Below are positions 26,560-40,700 of a stretch of 64,000 nt of DNA, one piece after another. Position numbers and translations under genes: made by a program. Source of the stretch: Obrimoposthia wandeli (taxonomy: Eukaryota); NCBI GenBank assembly GCA_977020255.1, contig CDROCS010006538.1:1-64000 (forward strand). The letters are read 5' to 3'. Position 1 is the stretch's first letter. Each line of letters starts with the position of its first letter. The notes beneath the pieces are model-generated. The model had not been told where the DNA came from, ran no database searches, and saw only the letters and a program-made list of their open reading frames with translations.

Positions 26560-27032
26560 ATAAACGTCATCTTACGATTTTTTAATGTTACAAATTTATC
26601 CAAATATTCACTGAATTCCTTCATTATAAATTAACATAAATCAACTTTACTGTCTATTTTATAATATTTTGAATACTTTTTTAGTTCTAGTTTCAATTAA
26701 CAAACGTTTTTCTACTCTATCAGGAACAATTTTAATTGATTTTAATGAAAGAATATCTCGTTTTTGTTTAAATTTCGATTAATACGTCATTTACACACTT
26801 GAAATATAATTTTCTTTTTTATCAAACCCAATCACAACATCATACTTCATTTCATTTGTAAACGAAATATAATAGTTTTTCTGATAGTAATTGAAGAATC
26901 ATAAATAAAATCTATTAAAGCAGCTTGGAGATTTATAAGATTTTATAAATCGACAATAAAGCTACTAGCATCATTATGCAGTTGAGTCTTCGGGCATCCG
27001 TTACTAGGTAAAACTATATACAAAGATTTCAT
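26560..27032 (-). pseudogene. Polinton-associated LPSN-motif protein (putative minor capsid), decayed
   Basis: MKSLYIVLPSNGCPKTQLHNDASSFIVDL resembles the recurrent F/Y-x-x-LPSNS...N-x-x-S-x-F N-terminus of Maverick genes. Confidence 0.55.
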
Positions 27033-27460
27033 ATGATATTCGCTGCTGATATCCAAGTAGGATCTAAATAACCATGTCATTTAACAAAGTATAGTTTATA
27101 TTTACCAGATTTTATTATGTTTTGAATGCAAATTACGTTAGGTTCATTTGATACTACTTGTTGTTTTTGTTCGTAAAATTTCTATGAATGCTATTATTGT
27201 CAGCATATAATAGTATATATTATCAGATTAGTCTTTTGATCAATCCCTCTTATACAAAATATTTCATCACTCCAATTCCGATAATTTTTTTAGAAATGGA
27301 GCTAATTTTAAAAATTCGAACATATTCGTCTATCTTATATATTTTGCCTTTCTAATATTTTTTTCTCTTATTTATCTAAATGTTGGGAGTTGAGTTCTGA
27401 CACTTCGTAGGACGTGAATTTTTTAGAATTCTTGAACATAAGGCCTATCCTTTTTATTTC
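27029..27460 (-). pseudogene. Polinton-type retroviral-like integrase C-terminus with chromodomain, decayed
   Basis: KYKIDEYVRI, NWSDEIFCI, NFYEQ and YFVK*HGYLDPTWI across frameshifts. Confidence 0.75.
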
Positions 27461-28574
27461 AAAAATGTCTGAAGGTTATTTACGTAAAACAAATTACAAT
27501 ATTTTAAAAAATTTGGTCTAGTCCTACGAGCTATTCCAGATAGTTCTGGTTAAAATGAATTATTGCCGTTACAGGCTATCGTTTTTATGGGAATGTTCTA
27601 AAGTTTAGAAAGGCTATTGCCGGTACATGATGTAGTTTTTTATGGGAATGTTCTAAAGTTTAGCCGGTACATGATGTAGTTATTTATCCAGATGTTAATT
27701 TATTCAGAAAATGGGACCACGGGTCGATTAATCAAAAAGTGGAAGTAGTTTATCAGTTAAAATATTAAAATAGAAATTTGAGATTCTTAAAAGCAATTTA
27801 ACAATTCAAGAAATAGCACTAAAATAGGAATTTGCAATTCTCAAAATTAATTTATAAATTCAAATATCAGCATTTTCCGAGGATTATTTCTGCAAACTGG
27901 TGAGTGACGTTTTCGAGTACTTGTGAATCTCAGAGATCTTCGTTTGTTGAGTTCGAGTTGTCTTCGTCTTAATCTGGGATGTCTTCGACTTGTGAATTTG
28001 GGTAAAATTTTCCGATTTGGTGAATCTTGCTTGTATATTTTTTTCTAATTTGTGATTTTGATGATTTCCACTTTGTTTCGTCCAATCGGCGACGGCTTCT
28101 TTTAAAATTTATGTGACTCAGCAATCTCCCTGTGCCCGACTGTTGCTAAATCCATGTGTGTTGATTCTATTAGTAGTAGAGTTAGAGGTCACCTGAGGTT
28201 AATTGATTCCTCCATTTTGAATTATTCAGTTAATAAATTTTACGTTGTCCTGTAGATTCCCTTCTTTAATTTTCAGTGTCACAAAATGTACTTAGCTAAA
28301 ACTATAAAGATAGCCAATTATTTTATTAAATTCATCCGTTTCTGGACCTCAACATAAATATACGTAGAATTTTATCAGTAACATCTAATGATCTTATTCC
28401 CCTAAGACTTCCTTGTTAACAATGTTTATTTGCATGTATTGTTTTGGGTATAACTTGAATACATTTTTATTTAGTTATTTTGTGAAATACGTTTGAATTC
28501 GATCTCTTAAAGTACGATGAAATATTTATACAAATGCTATTTCTTACTGTGAAAACACAGAGTAGTGATATATA

Positions 28575-28754
28575 CAGTAATTATTCACCTATAAGGGTGT
28601 CCGGTCACCGAAAATTTCACGCTTCACCTATAATAGTACCTTTACAAGCTTTTAAATAATGCATCTATAAGTGATTCGGTGTCGGTCTCTCTCAAAAACA
28701 TGTTTTAATGAATACCCTACGTTAATGAATACCCTTACAGGTGAATAATTACTG
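28575..28754. mobile_element. Tc1/mariner-type MITE, 180 bp
   Basis: TIRs cagtaattattcacctataagggt / acccttacaggtgaataattactg, with TA on both sides. Confidence 0.85.
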
Positions 28755-31708
28755 TATTACTTTGTTTAAATAATGATTTAACTTGTTATATACCTAATTA
28801 TGCATATGAAGCATATTCTTTAAATATGGAAGCTGATTCAATCTGGCTTTTAGATATGACATTTATTATTTATTGACCTTAATCATTTAATTACTCCACA
28901 TTTAGATGGAGAAATGTGGAATATTCCAATACGGCTTAATGTATACATTGTTGAAGGGAAAAATATAACCACAATAGACGTTTTTCAACTAATCCATTAA
29001 TAAACAAAGAAAATTAAATGCTAACGTTAACTAAAGGTATTATAATAAATTGCTATAGCAGCATTTAATTTGAATAAAATAATAAATGCACGTTATGCAT
29101 TTTTATCATTGCACACTATTCAATAGCCAAACGAGGATGGAATTATGTAAATTGATAAAAAAGAAAGATGAGTTTATATAATTTTAAAAATGTTAATGTT
29201 TTAATAAAATAACATTATTTATTAAAAATATTACATAATTTATTATATAACTATTATATAAATTATGGAATATGGAGTTCAAATTTAATCTTTCGGCTCA
29301 ATTTCTAATGAATGTACTTAAGAATTTAGCTATACAGATCATACAAATTACCAATAAAAATAGATTATCTCAAAAGAGATAAAATGAAAAAATTCACAAA
29401 ATGCAACTTTAATCGAATATACGTAAAATCGGTTTATTAAATCAAAATTCAATGTCTAAAAATGAAATAGATCATTGAATCTAATGCAATAAAGAATGAT
29501 ATAGAAAGTATTAAATGTGATTAAAATTCTTATAATCTTAATGGTTTCGGAATTTTTGAATGTCTTCTGTGAGTAGAACTGAAAGCCTGTGAATATGATC
29601 GATGACAGGGTTGACTTTGATGATCTGAAAAATATGACAATTATTTAGATTTTATATGAAATATCACTATAAATCGAAGGATAAATTGACATTCATAAAT
29701 AAAAACAACATTTTACCAAGTATTTTATAAATTTATTAAAATAATAAAATTGTTACAGAAATTTTTTTTTAAGAAGCTTTTAATGTTGAAATTTTTTAAT
29801 AGATATGGCAGAATTAATTTTTTTTAATGAAACCTTGAAAATTAATAATATCTAATTTACGAATTGAAATTTAAGGACAGCTAAATAAAAATACCCTTGA
29901 ACAAATGATCACATAAATAAGAAAGTTAAATTAAAAAAAGATGAAACTAGGTTAAAGCAGAGAAACTGAATCAGAAGCAAAGATTCAGAGTTTAAAATAA
30001 GAGTCCAAATGTACAAAAACTGAAACCCGTCATTGAATAATTTCGAATCAGTTTGGTGTTATTGTATACATGCAGCAAAATGGATGAAAAGACAGCGATA
30101 TAATGAAGGAAAGAGCAAAGGACAACCACAGTTATATTTATCGAAAGATGTTCAAGAATTTTAGCTTTTCCAGATAAACTAATTGATATTATAAAATGAG
30201 TTGTCATCAAGCATAAGAAAATACAGAACATCTATCCATTCAAGAAGTTTGTTGATGTTTTTTCATTTACCATATTCGATATTTTTTAAAATTGAAATTT
30301 TAGATTTATATAATATCTATGGAGTATGGAACATTTAAAATATGAATTCATTTAAATACGCCTTTAATTTGGATAAAGTAAAAAAAAATTTACTACTCAC
30401 ATTGTTTATATTCTTAATTTATCTAAGTATTTTATAGTTTAATTTAACTTTTTTTATTTAGTTCAAACATTTTTTAAAATAAAAAATTAAACTTTAATTG
30501 AATTTTGTATATCAATTGAAATTTTCAAATAATATACTTTTTTAATACAAATTGGAAAATCAAAAGAAGAATATTTATGTAAGATTTTTATTGTTTATTT
30601 ATGTGTTTCACGAACTTGTTTTTGTCGTATTTACCGTTTAGAAGTTTAATTTAATAAAAACATATTATATCAATAATTTTTCATATTTCTGTTTTCACAT
30701 TTGTCGTGCATTCATGCTGCACTTACGTAAGCAAAACAACAAAAAATTATAAAACTCAATTTTTTTACTAGAGATTGGCAAATCGAACTAAATTCAAAAT
30801 ATATATTTTATTTTTAAGTCATGTTTATGATGTTATTATGTAACTGAAGTAAATTTTTATAATCAAACTAAAATATGAAAAATTAAACTGATATTAGTAA
30901 CGATATATTATTTACTGATTCATTTTTTTATTAAAAATTATTATAAAAGTTAATTAATAATAATTTTTTATGAAACTAAAATATTATCTGAAATAAAATC
31001 AAAATTATGCTTTTGATTTTTTTGTAATTTTTAATATATGTGATATTTTACCTTAGACGTAAAATTACTCATTGTGGATGAATGTGTGATAAATCATGGA
31101 TATGCTAGTGTTAAATATATAAATAGATTTCAGCATGATACATATGGTTTGACATTTTTAACGCTTCAAATCATATATTTCTAGATTTAACTTATTTCTA
31201 TAAGACAACGATGAGAAGCCACTCGCCCTAATAACCCATTCAGCTCCAAGCCACATCTCAATAGAATTTAAAATATCATCTGAACCATATTTTTTTACAA
31301 ATTAGAATACAATTTTGCAATGAATTGATAAGAAAAACCGTTTTATATATAATTTTCAATTTATTTTTTGTTTTTAACTTATGTAGTTAATTTTAAATAT
31401 ATTTTAGATAACGATAGTCTATTGTATTTATGATAAAATAATGTGTATTATTAAATGATTAAAACAGAAAAAATATTTTAAAGAAAATTTATTAAAACTC
31501 ATGAAAAATAAATACAATAACTTTACTAATATTTGAGTTTTATTTCCATTAAATTAAAAATCCTATATTTTAGATTTTATAAATTACTTGCCCATATTGT
31601 TTAAAATTTACTTAAATTATACAAAATAAATATTCGTTAAATATCGAATTCAATATCCAATTCGCAATGTCTATTTTACATACAATAAATATAAATATAA
31701 CCTACCTC

Positions 31709-34700
31709 TTATCTACGCATCTCTCGATTATTAGTCCATTCTATGGATAAATGGAGAATTTATCAGATATAAATGTAGTTTATAATTATAGTATGCAAAA
31801 CACAAACAAATGACTTACCTCCAACTTCAGTTGTTTTTTGAGAAACCTTATTTTGATCGAGTGAATAGTTGGATGGAGATACATCCAAATGCGATAAACC
31901 AGGAAGGTCATCTGATTTGATAAAAGAGATTATATTCTAAAGTACTTTTGCATCTTTATTCTTACTCATTTTTAACAGTATTAGCTACAAATGTAGCGTT
32001 AATAAAGTTTAATTATAAATCAAAAATAAATGTTTTAAATAAAATTTAAAAAAGTCATTGTAATATATACCTTGATTGGGAGAATTATTGCCGTATAAAT
32101 TCTCTGCAAAGTCCTCAAAAGACATATTCATTTTGAACTTTTTGATAGCACTATCCAGATACTGAGCACGTTCATGATAGCTAAAAATACGTGACATAAA
32201 TAATTACTTTATATACATCAGATTATTATAAAACAATACATTTTGCTTAAAATAACAATTTAACAACTTAAAAATATTAAAAATATTAGATAAATTTCAT
32301 AATACATAAATAATTGCAATTTAAACTTTTTATATGATTAAATCCCCAGAAAGTTTATAAAAAACGAATAAAACACAAGATGTTAAAGGGAATATATTAA
32401 AAGTTTGAATATTAGAAAAGTTTAAATAAATCAATTTTCGTTCTATCAAATGTGGACATAAAAAGTAAATATTAAGTGCCATTGAACTGCTGGTGTTGGT
32501 GTATGCGAAAAGCTAATGCTTACAATCCGAAACGAAACAGTTTGATGGAAGTATAGTAATGATTTCAATGTCAAGTGAAAAATAATTCACATTTTTAAAC
32601 AAAATGGTTGTCATTTACTTCCGACTTTTAAATAATTTCATCATTACTATTCATCTTTATAATAAATGTGACATTATGGTAACCCTAAGTCTTAAAAAAT
32701 TATTTTAATAAAATACTCACTACTCCTGATAATGTTGCTTATATTCACGAATAGCCCGCCCTGCATTTATGGCAGTAGTGCGAACTAAACTTGGCAATTC
32801 TCTTTCTTCAACAATTGCACCATCAAATAATGGTCCAAATAATCGAGTCTAAATAATAAAGCAAAATAAAAATTATCATAACATATTTTGTTAGTTCACA
32901 AATTCTCACAAACTTTCCTAATAAAAAGTCAATAAACATACAAAATTACAGTTTACTTACTTACTTTATTAATATAAAAATGAAATTCAATATATTTGGT
33001 AACTTTTTGTAAGCTAATTGCAATTTAAAATTTATAATAATGTATCAAAATTGAGAATAAAAATTTATATTAAAATTAGAAATCATGCTAGGTACTATGA
33101 TAAATAATGCTCTTCATTGATGAGTACCACAATGACAGAACGTAGTCATCAATTTGTAATTCCAGTAAACGTTACATTTTGCAGAGGAACGTCTGTCTAA
33201 ACCCATCGAAAACAATTTTATGCACTAAAAGTAGGCAACTAAATTCAGCTCCGCTCAGTTATAGTGAGGTGATGTGGCAGAAGCAGCAGCCTTGGATCGA
33301 GACGGCGTATCTCAAGGGTTGCTTGTGGTCCGATGTGATTGTTTGGGGTGTCCTTTGACTGCTTTAGCGGCGATTTAAAATGCAAAAAAACTATAAATTG
33401 TTCGGAAATTTTCCTAAAAATTGTGAATCGAATGTTAATTTTAATACACTAAAAATTTAATTTCTACTAAACATATATTTATGTTTATGAAAAGTTACGA
33501 TGTCAATAGTCTATTTAAATACAAGTATTAAATATAACTAATATTATATATTATTAACTCGTATAAAAAAATTAAAATAATAAAAGATTTACCTTCATGT
33601 AGAGAGAAAAAACTAAAATGTTAAGTGAGACTATGGTATTAGATAAAATGAATTAAAACAATTTAGCACTAGAAATCTCCAGTTGTCTATTATTAAAGAT
33701 TTTTATTAAAAAAAAAAAAACATTTGCCACGATCATGTGATTAATATAATTGTGATTATAACAGATAAGCTTTCATATTGAAATAAATATGCAAAATTTG
33801 TGATAACATCAATATTTAATTGTGAATTTAACCAACCTTTCCAATCTCATCTAAATGAACTTTTCCAAAATATTTTAAAAAATATGAACATAGTCATTTG
33901 ATGTTCTGAATCATTTGAGCTTGTGTATTCATAAAAATGCCAAAAATATACTAGAGAAATATGTTTAGAAATTGCTAAATAATAAGATAATAAATATATT
34001 TGAAAATTGTATGTCAATAATTTGGTTGGTATTCGAAAATGTTTTTTAATATTATTATGGTATGTGTTTAAATAACATCATAAAATTGGCAATCAATAAA
34101 TTTATTTGTTTTTTAGTTATTATGCTTTACACCCTAAAATAATCTTCGACAGCGGTGGACTCGTCTCAACTTGACATAGAAGCACATAGTCCTAGAAATA
34201 ATAACCCTATAATTCAAGTAAGAAATATAATCCCTTTTAGTATTTGGCGACCATCTGAGTACTTTTTACCTGTCTTGTTACATAAAAAGTATATTAAAAG
34301 TGGCAGACATTTATAGAAGTATATCATGCATGAATAATGAACCAAAATACGCAGTATGATAATATCAGTATATTCTTGCATTGCTTTATTATAATAATTA
34401 ATATACATTTTACTCAATTTATTAAAATAATAATTTCGCAGAAAACTTTTAAAAATCAGTATAATTTGATTAATGTTTTGAAATTATTATTAATACTTAC
34501 TGTAAATTTCTAGTGAACAGTTGTTAAAATCTTACATAAAATCCTTTTAAATATTGCAAAGTAAACTAACCTCTTTTTTGCACTTAGTTGTAACACTAAA
34601 AAGTCCATTTCGCAGCGGATAAATTATTATCATTACATCTCCAAATTGCGTTTTAGCAACATTAGACTGATAATCTCGATAATTTTCACTCCAAATAATC

Positions 34701-37700
34701 ATGACATCATCATTTCCCAAATGTTTAAACTGAAAAACAACAATAATCCTTATTTGTATCTTCAAAATAAGTTATATTAGTAAATAGAATTTACGATGGA
34801 TTATAAGTTTATGGATATAAAATATTTACAAAAAACAAAGTATTGAAATAAATAAATTATTTAATCACCTTAGAATCGTTGTCTTCCTCCCGTTCTGAAA
34901 TCATCCACGTAGAGACATGGAACATAACTTCTAGCATAGAATTGGAGTAATAAGGAGAAAAGGAACCATTGCGACCAGCGGGATCGAGTCCACCCAGAAA
35001 ACCACGATGTGACTCAAGGTTCACAGGCCATCCAATGCCAGAAATAAAATTATTGAACTCCAAACTGGCAATTGTGTTCCCCAAAACTGATTCTTTATCT
35101 TCCTGGCCCCACTTTACGTAGAGCACGGCTATTTTATGCGTCTCTCGACTATAGAAAATTAGTTTAATTTAATATAATAATACTATAGTCGTTTAAAAGG
35201 TTCCAAATGCTAATTTATCTTTATTTTATGTTTACAGAATAATTCAGTGATGCTGATTTCAAAAATGTCCCTCTTTTATTAAAGCTTCTCTTAAAAACAG
35301 TTATACTAGGTTACCGAGTTTTTAAAACTTTGTGAAAAAGGCATATATTTGTTTAATAACCATATACTATTTGTCAGTATACAATCAAGATAATTTAAAT
35401 GATATGGAAATAACATATTACAATTAAAAGTGTAAAAACTGAATTCCTTAGAGCAGGGATTCTCAAACATTTTTGGCCGCGGAACCGTTTGGTATTATTT
35501 AAAAAATATGGGAACCCCTACCTATTAAAAAAATACTTAAAACCATAAAGTGAAAAATAAAATTTATTTATATTGAAAAATGAGAAGATAAAAATTTAAG
35601 TTAAACTAATGAAGTATTTATTAAGTAGTTAGTGGGCCTATGTCCTGGTAGGTAGAAGCGAGTAACGTTAATGCCAATTTTTGTAAATTTATTTTTAATT
35701 AAAATTGGGCTCGCGGAACCCCTGCTTTTGTATACAGAACCTACTTTGGGAACCCTGCCTTAGAGTAAAGTGTGCAATATATATAAACACAATTATTAAG
35801 TAAATCAAAATTTATTATTGCAACTTCAAAAACTTGTTATCTTTCTCCAGATTCATTTTTTATCGTTAACGGTGCCAAATGTTTCTCAGCAAACAATGCT
35901 TATTTCGGAATGGGTGATCAAAACAAAATCTGTATGTCTATTTTTGGTGTAAACTGCCTTTCTATATTAGAACATTTGTTACATAATACTAGCAAATGTA
36001 TGCCATTATTTATAGAATTGGAAGGGAAATTTAAATTCAATTTAATCAACTAAGGTTTTGGTATACATACTTAACTGATGATGCAACCGAAATATTTAAA
36101 TGTGTATAATCCTTTAATTTTTAAAAAATAATATTTATGAACCATAATAAATTTGTTTGATTGTGATTTTTACTACGCAAAGGCGACGAAAAGTAAGTTT
36201 GTCATTTGATGAATTGTAATAATTTATAACATAAAAATAAATAATTCCAGATCGGCAACTATCTTATACATAAAATCAACGTGACAAATAGCTCAACAAA
36301 GTTACAAGGTGAAAGAAAATGACATATCAGTAATTTGTCGACATTTAATGTTCGATCTGACAAAAAATAGTCTTAAAGAAGAACTTTTTAAAATTCAAAT
36401 ATAACTGTCTTAGTAGACTTTTCAGACAAGTTAATCAAAAAATAACATTTTCTTCGTTGTACAGCATAATTCCAAACAACTGTTACAACTTCAATTTCTG
36501 GTATAGTGTACAAAATACTGTTAATTGACTGTTACTATTATTTTATAATTGAAATTTTAAAAAGGTTTGGAGTTTGAATGAAGGTAAAATTTAATGAGTA
36601 AAGTGAAGATATTGGGAAAATGGATGATAGTTCGTAGGTCACTTGAGAAATTTAAGAACATGAATTGACTTGAAACAAACTATGTTGCTTATTCAAAACC
36701 TTTTTTAATAAATCAAGAAACCAAATCGACCAATAGGTAATTTCAATTAACATTAATTTATAAAATTAACTTTGAACAAAATTTAAATATCTACACAGTT
36801 ACTATAAACAGATATAAGAACACCGGCCATAATAAATAAAGTCAAAACTAAAGTATATAAATGCCACCCCAACTGTTATTCTAACTGAACACTAAGCAAT
36901 AAAGTTTTCGTAATCAATTCGTAATGTGAATTGATATTTCGATTATGTGATCTAATTATAATTTATTCAGAAACTTTGCATTATAAATTATTTTTGATTA
37001 AAATTGATGCAACAATAAAAATGCTACGTATGTGTATGTTTTGTTGTAGTGAGAGATACTGAACGTCATCTTTATATAAAAGCATACACGATTTTTTATA
37101 AAACCTAATTATTTTACATTTACGTAACATAAAAAATCAATAACTTTTGCAATAAAGTTTTATTTCAACTGAAATTTATGTAAAATACGGTGCTTAATAA
37201 AACGCATTAAAGTTGATACACACTCAGCTTTTTATATACAATATATATATATATATGTATTGGTAAACTTGTACAGGGAAGAGTTTGAGATTTAATGTGA
37301 CAGTAATGTAATTTTCCATAATTGTTAATGCAAAATTATTCATTTATTACAGAGCAATTCAACATATTTGCTGTTCTGGCCTCTTCAAATTAAACGTCCA
37401 CTTAAACTAAAAAAGAATACTAACCTCCTTCTTTGATCAAGAGCTTTAAGATGTAGAAAAATATTGGACTTATTGATTATATCAATAGTAGAGCGTCTCT
37501 TCCAGGAGAGAAATCCGAGCTGAGTGAGAATTTGGCGACAATAATATATGTTGGATGGATATCCTGGTGAACTGCAATGTTCAAATGGAATAGCAGAACG
37601 TATTTTCCTAAAATAAAATATACATTAAGAATTTTAATATAAAATTCTCAAAATTTAAATTTAAATCACATTAGAATTCGTTATTATTGACGCCATATAG

Positions 37701-40700
37701 GCAGGCACAAGCAAATTTTTTATTAAAATAATAAAGTTCATATCAAATTAGAAGAGAGTTTTTAAAAAAAATTTGTTTTGAGTTATAAAGTTTACATCAC
37801 AAGCATTGTCACTTTTTTCAAAAACAATTTTACAAAAAGATTCTAATTTATTTGACATCTATTATGTGTTAACAATTTTTATTGATATACATTGGCTGCG
37901 ATACAAAGCAGCCAATGTATATCAATAAAAATTGTTAACACATAATAGATGTCAAATAAATTAGAATCTTTTTGTAAAATTGTTTTTGAAAAAAGTGACA
38001 ATGTTTTTCAAGCGGCAATATAATAATAATTTCAAATTTACATAAAAAAAGTTTAGAATATAGAAATATCTTTTTTAAAAAAATTGAAGGTTGCAAAGAT
38101 AGGATTGACTAGTTTCATTATATAGATTTGCATAATAAAGTTTTATCTTCACAAATGATTTATTTCCTGCAACATTAAGAAATTTATATTTTCTTACATT
38201 TATAATTTTATATCATTTCTAAATTTAAAAATTTATAACTTACCAAAATCACATATATCCTTTTTAAATTTCAACCCCACGGTTAATCTGAAGCAAACTT
38301 ATTTTTTTATCGTATAAACATTCTAGTAATAAAATCTTAATGATTAATTTCAATGAAAATTCAATGGTTTACAACAACAACAAAAAATTCTCGAATATTA
38401 TTATATCCGAATTATAAAAGTAAATTTATTTTTGCTGATAAATTATAAAATGGTAATTAGAACAAACAGCACTTACTTATCAACAATTTTTGGATGTGAA
38501 ATTTTCTGACAGTAATGAGTTTCGAAAGTTTTGAGCTCGATTGTATTTTGATCGAGTATTTGCTGTTTAGCTAGGAGCTCCAGATTATGTTGCGGTGAAT
38601 CTTGAGAAGATACACGTACAGGTGGCATTGAAAACAATTCAAAACTTTTTTCCATTAAGTCTTCAAATAGCTAAATTTGGTAAAATATCATTAACATCAA
38701 CTATTTTTAAGTGAGCAAATTTCTTATGATTATAAATTAATAAAATATTTACCTTCTCTAAATTGTCATAAATATGTGAATGAACACTTTGTTGTTTTAC
38801 CATGCCAGACTTCTCTGACAATGACACGATAGGCAGGTTTCTTCGTGGAGGTGGAGAAGGAGGTATTACATTTTCTTCAGCGGGTGTAGTAGCAATTGCT
38901 ATAGTGTCATTTGATTCTATTTTAGAGATAAATTTGACGTCCCAACAATATTTTCCACACAGATCTCGGATGATTACGCGTACTTCAGTATCTGTGAGTA
39001 CATAATTATCAATATTTTAACGAAAAATTCAGCTTTATTTCTTTCATAATTAGAATGAAATCACTCGTGTTACTTTTTTTACTAATTTATATTTGTAATT
39101 TTACATTGAAATTAATGGGAGTACACAGTGTAAAAATGGTCATAACATAATTTTTATTCGTTACAGTACCAATATGATTCAAAATTGTGAGAAATTTTCC
39201 AGTGTCAAATAGCGAGATTCTTAAGTTACTTTTTTTCACATTTCGTTTAGGATTCTTTATATTCGTCACGTGACGAAAAGCAACCCAAAATAAGGAGTGT
39301 GATGTGGGAAATATCGATATTTCACGTGTCGTTTAATTATAAAATAACGACATAGATTTATTCTCATGTCAAATAAACAGTTGAATTTAGTGACACGGGA
39401 AGCAAATACAGCAGGGCAAAAAAGTGTGCATTTTAACAGAAGGAAATTTTCATGTGTCAACTGTACTTGAATTAATGACATTGGACATTTTCCAGAATTA
39501 AATCAACAGTTCAATATCACATTAAATTTAAATATTGCTTCCCATTAAATTTTATATATAATTCGTAGTAAATCAAATATTTTTTAAAAATATTATCTAC
39601 AGATAATTTGAAAATAATGTTTTACACTTAGTTTATAAAAGAAAATTAATTATATAATTTGTATTTACATAGTTTTTTTAAATTCTACTTTACAAATAAT
39701 ACTACTTTGACTTTGTTTTACAAAACTTCATTAAATATTATGTAAGCCTTTTTTTAATACTATTTTTTGATAAATATTATTTTTTTAATACTACATTGTT
39801 TGATACACCTAGAGGTTACTCAAATTAACCTGACAAGTTTTGTTATATCTGCAAGGAGTTTACATTCCAGTAGATTGCCGCATTTTAATTGACTCACTAA
39901 GTATAAGTTTCAAAACTGTGCTATTAAACAGTATTGCAATGTCTGAGAATTACAAGAATATGTAAATACTCATCAAGGCCATTGATCAATAAATGGCAGA
40001 TATGTAAGATCTGTAAATAAAGGCAATGTTGTTAAGACTTCAAGGTAAATACACAAAGTTTCTGTGTTTATTGTGCCTTTAGAATATGCACAACATTATA
40101 TTCGTAAAGAATGGGACGAAAGAATTGGTTTTGTACTCTGAGCAAACAATGCTAAAGAAGCACCCATGAAACTACGCAAAGTACTACTTCTCCATTTACA
40201 CATAAGGTTTGGTGCTATGAATTTTTTGTCAAGACACTGAATAAAAATTGTGATGTATTTACAGGGAAGGTTCACACGTATCAGTGAGTCAAAGTTACAT
40301 GCCGGGATTTCCATTGGTCCTCAGATAAGGGTTCACAGACGTGCAAAATGAGAAGAAAAAAAATGCCTGTTTCTTTTCAAAGAATTATATGAAAATTTCT
40401 TGAATAACAGATAGTCTCAGTATGTACAAATTTTGAATGATGCAACGTTTCCACAATCTTGGTTCTAGCATGAGTATCAAAATGCATTTTCTCAATTCGC
40501 ATTTGGACTACTTCCTCAAAAAACTGTGGAACTTATAGTGAAGAGTAAGGGAAAGATTTCCCCAATTTATAGCTACAATCAAAAAACGTTATCAGGAATT
40601 GGTCAATGATGCTGGTTCCCCAAGAGATGTACCTGGTGCAAATAGAAATTAAAATAAAACACATCGATTTCACTTAAGGAGTCAATAGAATGGAAATAAA

